20,225 nt of DNA. Source: Treponema sp. (GTDB lineage: Bacteria; Spirochaetota; Spirochaetia; Treponematales; Breznakiellaceae). Positions 16,135 through 20,225 of this stretch are shown piece by piece. The notes beneath the pieces are model-generated. The model did not search any database and was not told the DNA's origin. It saw only the letters and a list, made by a program, of their open reading frames with translations. Location: assembly GCA_031265825.1 (NCBI GenBank), contig JAISCD010000019.1, positions 1 to 20,225 of the forward strand, written 5' to 3'. The translations under genes and the position numbers were made by a program. The first letter of the stretch is position 1. Every line of letters begins with the position of its first letter.

Positions 16135-17355
16135 ATGAAGAATTTATTTGTAGTAGCGAGTTTTTTCCTCGCGGTTTCATTGAGTGCGCAAGAAAAAGTA
16201 TTTGCGCCTTTTGTATCGCGTCTGGCGGCTGACGTGGACGTGAATAAAAACCTTGTGCATTTAAGCTGGATAGATTCTCCAGACCTGAAGGGTCAGGTAA
16301 CTATTTATAGCTCCGATAATCCCATCAACGTGTCGACGGTAGGCTCGGCACCGGAAGTAAAAGCAGTTCGGGTGAATTACGGGGAGCAATTCTATACTGA
16401 GGAAACCGATTACACGATTCGTCACTACTTTGTCGCCGCAAGCGATGAGAATGGAAGGGCTTATTATTTGGCGATACCTTTCAATAACTTCCTTGCGGTC
16501 AATATGAAGGACTATGTAATACAACGTCCGCAACGTGCACGACCTGCGCAGACTCCGATAATAAGCGACACAGGTTTTCTCTTGAACGCGGTTGCCCAAG
16601 AAAAAGACATCGCTGTTTCGTTTAACACAGCCGGTCATAGTAATTTGGTTCTTTATCGAAGCATTCAGCCTGTACAAAAAATGGAAGACCTCTCAAACGC
16701 GGTCATCATTCAAACAGACGCGGCGTCTCCTTTCCTTGATTACCCTTTACCTGGAATTGCCTATTATTACGCCATAGTTCCTCAGGACGCTCTGATAAGC
16801 GGGGATGTGAAGATTTTACCCGGAGATAACGCCACCATAACACCTGTAATGCTGACTCAATATGAACTAAATATTAGCGATTATGCGTCCATGCGTCCTA
16901 CACCCCTTCCGCTCCTATCCCTATCAGCGCTCATAAGCGGCGCTGGCATCACTAATATATCGCCGCAAGCGCTAAGCCCTGCCGCGGAACGAGCACTCAG
17001 GGATGTTAAGAGGTCTGAAATACCGGTCGTTACGAAACAGCCTCGCGCTCTCAAAGAAGATACGGAAACCTCGATAAATGGAGAAGAACATACGCTTCGC
17101 TCTATTATGCAGACTGCTTTCGCAGAAAAGGATTGGAACTCAACACGGGAACAGCTCATGGACTTTCTGTCCCTTCCCCACACCGATGACATCGAGTTCC
17201 GCACGCACTTCTATTTGGGACAGGTTTATTATTTTCTTAATAAGCCGCAGGAAAGCCTCTTCGAGTTTCTTATGATAAAAACAAAATACCCGGAAGAAAC
17301 CGTCGAATGGATAAACGCGGTATTGGAAATGCTCGTCAGAGAGAATGCGTCCTAA
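16135..17355 (+). CDS. secreted hypothetical protein (406 aa), likely co-transcribed with the SPFH gene
   Basis: There is an 18-bp gap to the upstream gene and an AAGGAAG RBS. The signal peptide is MKNLFVVASFFLAVSLSAQE. No family recognised. Confidence 0.65.
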   Translation: MKNLFVVASFFLAVSLSAQEKVFAPFVSRLAADVDVNKNLVHLSWIDSPDLKGQVTIYSSDNPINVSTVGSAPEVKAVRVNYGEQFYTEETDYTIRHYFVAASDENGRAYYLAIPFNNFLAVNMKDYVIQRPQRARPAQTPIISDTGFLLNAVAQEKDIAVSFNTAGHSNLVLYRSIQPVQKMEDLSNAVIIQTDAASPFLDYPLPGIAYYYAIVPQDALISGDVKILPGDNATITPVMLTQYELNISDYASMRPTPLPLLSLSALISGAGITNISPQALSPAAERALRDVKRSEIPVVTKQPRALKEDTETSINGEEHTLRSIMQTAFAEKDWNSTREQLMDFLSLPHTDDIEFRTHFYLGQVYYFLNKPQESLFEFLMIKTKYPEETVEWINAVLEMLVRENAS

Positions 17356-18794
17356 CAGTCCTTCAAAAACGCCAGATAACCGCGATAGGTTGTCCACAGG
17401 TCTATCTTGCTGATGATTTCAAACGGCGCGTGCATACAGAGAACCGGTATGCCGCAGTCTATGACCTCGACGCCGAGGTTGGCGATGTGATAGGCGATGG
17501 TGCCGCCGCCGCCTCTGTCAACTTTTCCGAGGTTGCCGAATTGCCATTGTACTTTATTTTTGTTTAGAATGTTCTGTATTTTCCAGCAAAATTCCGCGCT
17601 TGCGTCGCTTCCCCCGTATTTTCCACCCCTGCCTGTATATTTTGACAAGACGATGCCTTTTCCACAATAAGAAGCCGTCTTCTTGTCCCACACGTCAGCG
17701 AAGCTGGGATCAAACGCCGCGTTCACATCCGCGGAAAGCATCGCCGATTTCCCCAGAACAAGCCGCGTGTCAATGTCCGAATAGGGCGTATCTACGGATT
17801 TGGCGCACAAGAAGGCGATGAAATTTTCAAATTGCCGCGATTCCGCGCCTGTATTGCCCATTGAGCCGATTTCCTCTTTGTCTGATAAATAACAGACGAT
17901 GGTCTTTTCGGGTACGTCATCTTGGACAATATCAAGGACCGCCTGTAGAGCGGTAAAGGCGCAACTTCGGTCGTCATGCCCATAAGCCCCGATGAGACTC
18001 CTGTCAAGCCCTATGTCTCGCGCTTTTCCGGCTGGCACAAATTCTATTTCAGCCGAGGCGAATGCCTCTTCGGTGATACCATATCTTTCGTTCAAGATGT
18101 TCAAAATGGTGAGTTTGACCTTTTCTTTGACCTTTTCATCAAGATAGGGCTTTGAGCCGGCAAGCACGTCGAGGTCTTCGCCGCGAAAGAACTCGGACGC
18201 TTTTTTTTGCATCTGGTCTTGCGCCAAGTGAGGCAAAAGGTCCGTTATGACAAACACCGGATCGTTCTCGTCCTCGCCAATGCAAATATCACGCCTCTCC
18301 CCATCTTTTGTGAAGATAACGCCGTGCATGGCAAGCGGGATTGTTATCCATTGATAGAGCTTGATGCCTCCGTAGTAGTGGGTATCAAATAAAGCAAAGC
18401 CGCCATCCTCGTACAGCGGATTAGTTTTAAGGTCAATGCGAGGCGAATCCACATGAGCGCCTACGATATTTATACCTTCAGACAGTGGTTTTTTACCAAG
18501 AATAGCGAAAATCACAGATTTTCCCTTGACGTTCAGGTAAACCTTTGCGCCCGACGACAGTTTGCTTCCCTTTAGAATAAGGTTTTCAATGTCAATAAAA
18601 CCTTTCTTTTCGAGAATATTAAGACATTGCGCGGTAAATTCCCGTTCTGTCTTACCCTTGTTGATAAATTCTTTGTAATCAACGGCGAATTTTTCGATTT
18701 CCGCCATATCTTCCTGCTTGGCAGTTTCCCAGCAGGTCTTTAAATCAAAAGACAGTTTCTCTGCGAGTTGCTGTCCATCGGTTTTTTCTTCCAT
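17352..18794 (-). CDS. M18-family aminopeptidase (aminopeptidase I / aspartyl aminopeptidase-like)
   Basis: Start assigned to the ATG at 18794, preceded by AAGGAG. The track ORF extends further without an RBS. Metal-ligand contexts are GAHVDSP, GHDDRS, DKEEIGS and CMHAP. The length (~480 aa) fits M18. The 3' end overlaps the convergent upstream gene by 4 bp. Confidence 0.7.
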   Translation of the reverse strand: MEEKTDGQQLAEKLSFDLKTCWETAKQEDMAEIEKFAVDYKEFINKGKTEREFTAQCLNILEKKGFIDIENLILKGSKLSSGAKVYLNVKGKSVIFAILGKKPLSEGINIVGAHVDSPRIDLKTNPLYEDGGFALFDTHYYGGIKLYQWITIPLAMHGVIFTKDGERRDICIGEDENDPVFVITDLLPHLAQDQMQKKASEFFRGEDLDVLAGSKPYLDEKVKEKVKLTILNILNERYGITEEAFASAEIEFVPAGKARDIGLDRSLIGAYGHDDRSCAFTALQAVLDIVQDDVPEKTIVCYLSDKEEIGSMGNTGAESRQFENFIAFLCAKSVDTPYSDIDTRLVLGKSAMLSADVNAAFDPSFADVWDKKTASYCGKGIVLSKYTGRGGKYGGSDASAEFCWKIQNILNKNKVQWQFGNLGKVDRGGGGTIAYHIANLGVEVIDCGIPVLCMHAPFEIISKIDLWTTYRGYLAFLKDC

Positions 18795-18953
18795 AAAAGA
18801 TACTCCTTGTGATTCTTGATCTTTCCTTCGTGAGTATAAAGAAAAACGGCGTAAAAGTAAAGTGGAGGACTTACGGCTTGTGAACAAAATCGTCAGATTC
18901 TCCCTATCTATCAAACTATTGCATATTCTCTATCTCTATTATACAATACGCGC

Positions 18954-19757
18954 ATGATTATTGGTATAGATATAGGAAGTACGACGACAAAAGCCGTATC
19001 CATTGAGAACGGGAAAATCACGCGGAAGATCAAGACAAAAGCCATTGACGCGGTAACTTCCGCGACCGGCGCTTTGGGTAAGATGCTCTTGGAAAATGAT
19101 ATAAGAATCGCCGAGATAAAGCGAATTATGACTACCGGAGTCGGGGCGACCAAGATAAAGGGCGACTTATTTGACATACAGACGCGCAGAGTTGACGAAA
19201 TGACCGCCATCGGCATAGGGGGTATGTTCCTTGCGGGCAGGGACAATATCATTATAACGAACATAGGAACAGGCTCCGCTATTATTGAGGCGAAAAAAGA
19301 CAAGATTTCCCACATCGGCGGTTCAGGCATAGGCGGCGGCGCCATACTTGGGTTGGCGAAAAAATTGCTTGCCACCTCAAATTTCAACGATATTATGGTG
19401 CTTGCAGAGAGAGGCGACATCAAACAGGTAGACCTGCTCTTGGAAGACATCATGGACACGGATTTAAGTTTCCTCAATAAGGAAGCCACTGCGTCCAATT
19501 TTGGCAAGATGCTCGACTCGGCAAAAAACGAGGACATCGCTCTGGGGATTCTCAATATGGTCTACCAAGTCATAGGTATGCTATCGGTCTTCGCCGCACA
19601 GTCCAGAGGCTTAAACAGCGTCGTGATTACCGGCAATGGAAGCGCGAATTCCATTGGTAAACGTGTGCTCAAAACCATCACAGACATTTATAGAGTCTCG
19701 TTTGAGTATCCTGAAGACGCAGTCTACACCACAGCCATCGGCGCGGGGCTAGGGTGA
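18954..19757 (+). CDS. coaW: type II (Fumble/CoaW-like) pantothenate kinase
   Basis: 267 aa. N-terminal IGIDIGSTTTK, central NIGTGSAII...IGGSGIGGGAILGLAKKLL, then ATASNFG, and a C-terminal AIGAGLG. This matches the acetate/sugar-kinase-fold type II PanK pattern and length as I recall them. Not verified by a search. Confidence 0.65.
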   Translation: MIIGIDIGSTTTKAVSIENGKITRKIKTKAIDAVTSATGALGKMLLENDIRIAEIKRIMTTGVGATKIKGDLFDIQTRRVDEMTAIGIGGMFLAGRDNIIITNIGTGSAIIEAKKDKISHIGGSGIGGGAILGLAKKLLATSNFNDIMVLAERGDIKQVDLLLEDIMDTDLSFLNKEATASNFGKMLDSAKNEDIALGILNMVYQVIGMLSVFAAQSRGLNSVVITGNGSANSIGKRVLKTITDIYRVSFEYPEDAVYTTAIGAGLG

Positions 19758-19790
19758 TTTTCATGAATAAAGAGCAATGAGCAGGTAGTA

Positions 19791-20225
19791 AGGCGTTGTG
19801 GTGCCAGACACCCGCGAAAGTGCCAGACACCAGCGCCTAGCCCCCGTGCCCTGACCCCGCCCGCCCGTCTTTCCTTTGCTAACTGCTAACTGCTAATTGC
19901 TAACTGCTCTCTGAAAAAAGGCGTTATGGTGCCCGCGAGGGCGTTGCGGTGTCTGACACCAGCGCCTAGCCACCGTGTCCTGCCCCCGCCTGCCCGTCTT
20001 TCCTTTGCTACCTGCTACCTGCTAACCACTAACTGCTACCTGCTCTCTGCTAATTGCTAACTGCTCTCTGCTAACTGCTCTCTGAAAAAAGGCGTTATGG
20101 TGCCAGACACCAGCGCCTAGCCCCCGTGTCCTGCCCCCGCCCGCCCGTCTTTCCGTTGCTAACTGCTCTCAGCTAACAGCTCTCAGAAAAAAGGCGTTGT
20201 GGGGACAGAAACCCGCGCCCAGCCG
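19791..20225 (+). repeat. composite tandem repeats of 123, 171 and 102 bp, with a fourth truncated by the window end. Each holds a variable block of CTGCTAA/CTGCTAC heptamers
   Basis: Units start at ~19791, 19914, 20085 and 20187. The module order is aaaaaaggcgttRtggtgcc-agacacc-agcgcctagcccccgtgYcctgMccccgccYgcccgtctttcc-(ttgcta + heptamer x3-10)-ctctctg. The first modules are related to 13575-13680 of element R. Confidence 0.9.

Noticed and set aside
18911-19555. ORF 18911..19555(-), 214 aa
   Set aside because: It is antisense to the well-supported pantothenate kinase gene, and its product is low-complexity.

Overview
This window is chromosomal and moderately GC-rich, and its accent looks spirochaete-like. 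The housekeeping genes are lysC (3' partial, minus), htrA, a CitE/HpcH-family lyase, mazG, tyrS, an SPFH/band-7 protein with a co-transcribed secreted protein, an M18 aminopeptidase and a type II pantothenate kinase. A horizontally acquired AT-rich island (~4.23-9.3 kb) interrupts them. The island carries a complete three-gene R-M cassette on the minus strand: a 603-aa putative type IIS (AlwI/N.BstNBI-like) endonuclease and two beta-class amino-methyltransferases. An AT-rich PH-domain membrane-protein gene sits beside it. The cassette is bracketed by two direct arrays of an imperfect 21-bp tandem repeat (about 20 and 15 units), each unit carrying a 5-1-5 palindrome cTCTC-A-GAGAg. The left array is fused to ghost fragments of the endonuclease gene and of the M1/M2 junction. 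The second methyltransferase lacks a start codon for its conserved N-terminus. A one-base change in an adjacent A5/T5 run would supply that start. The rest of the window is dense with an undescribed modular GC-rich repeat family. There is a ~470-bp inverted pair flanking mazG-tyrS exactly, with compensatory hairpin changes and a perfect terminator. There is an iteron-like row of GTGTCAGACA(C/T) palindromes, a third unrelated 21-bp tandem array, an 11-G homopolymer, and composite tandem repeats with CTGCTAA heptamer microsatellites at the window end. No transposase, integrase, CRISPR array or tRNA/rRNA gene was found.
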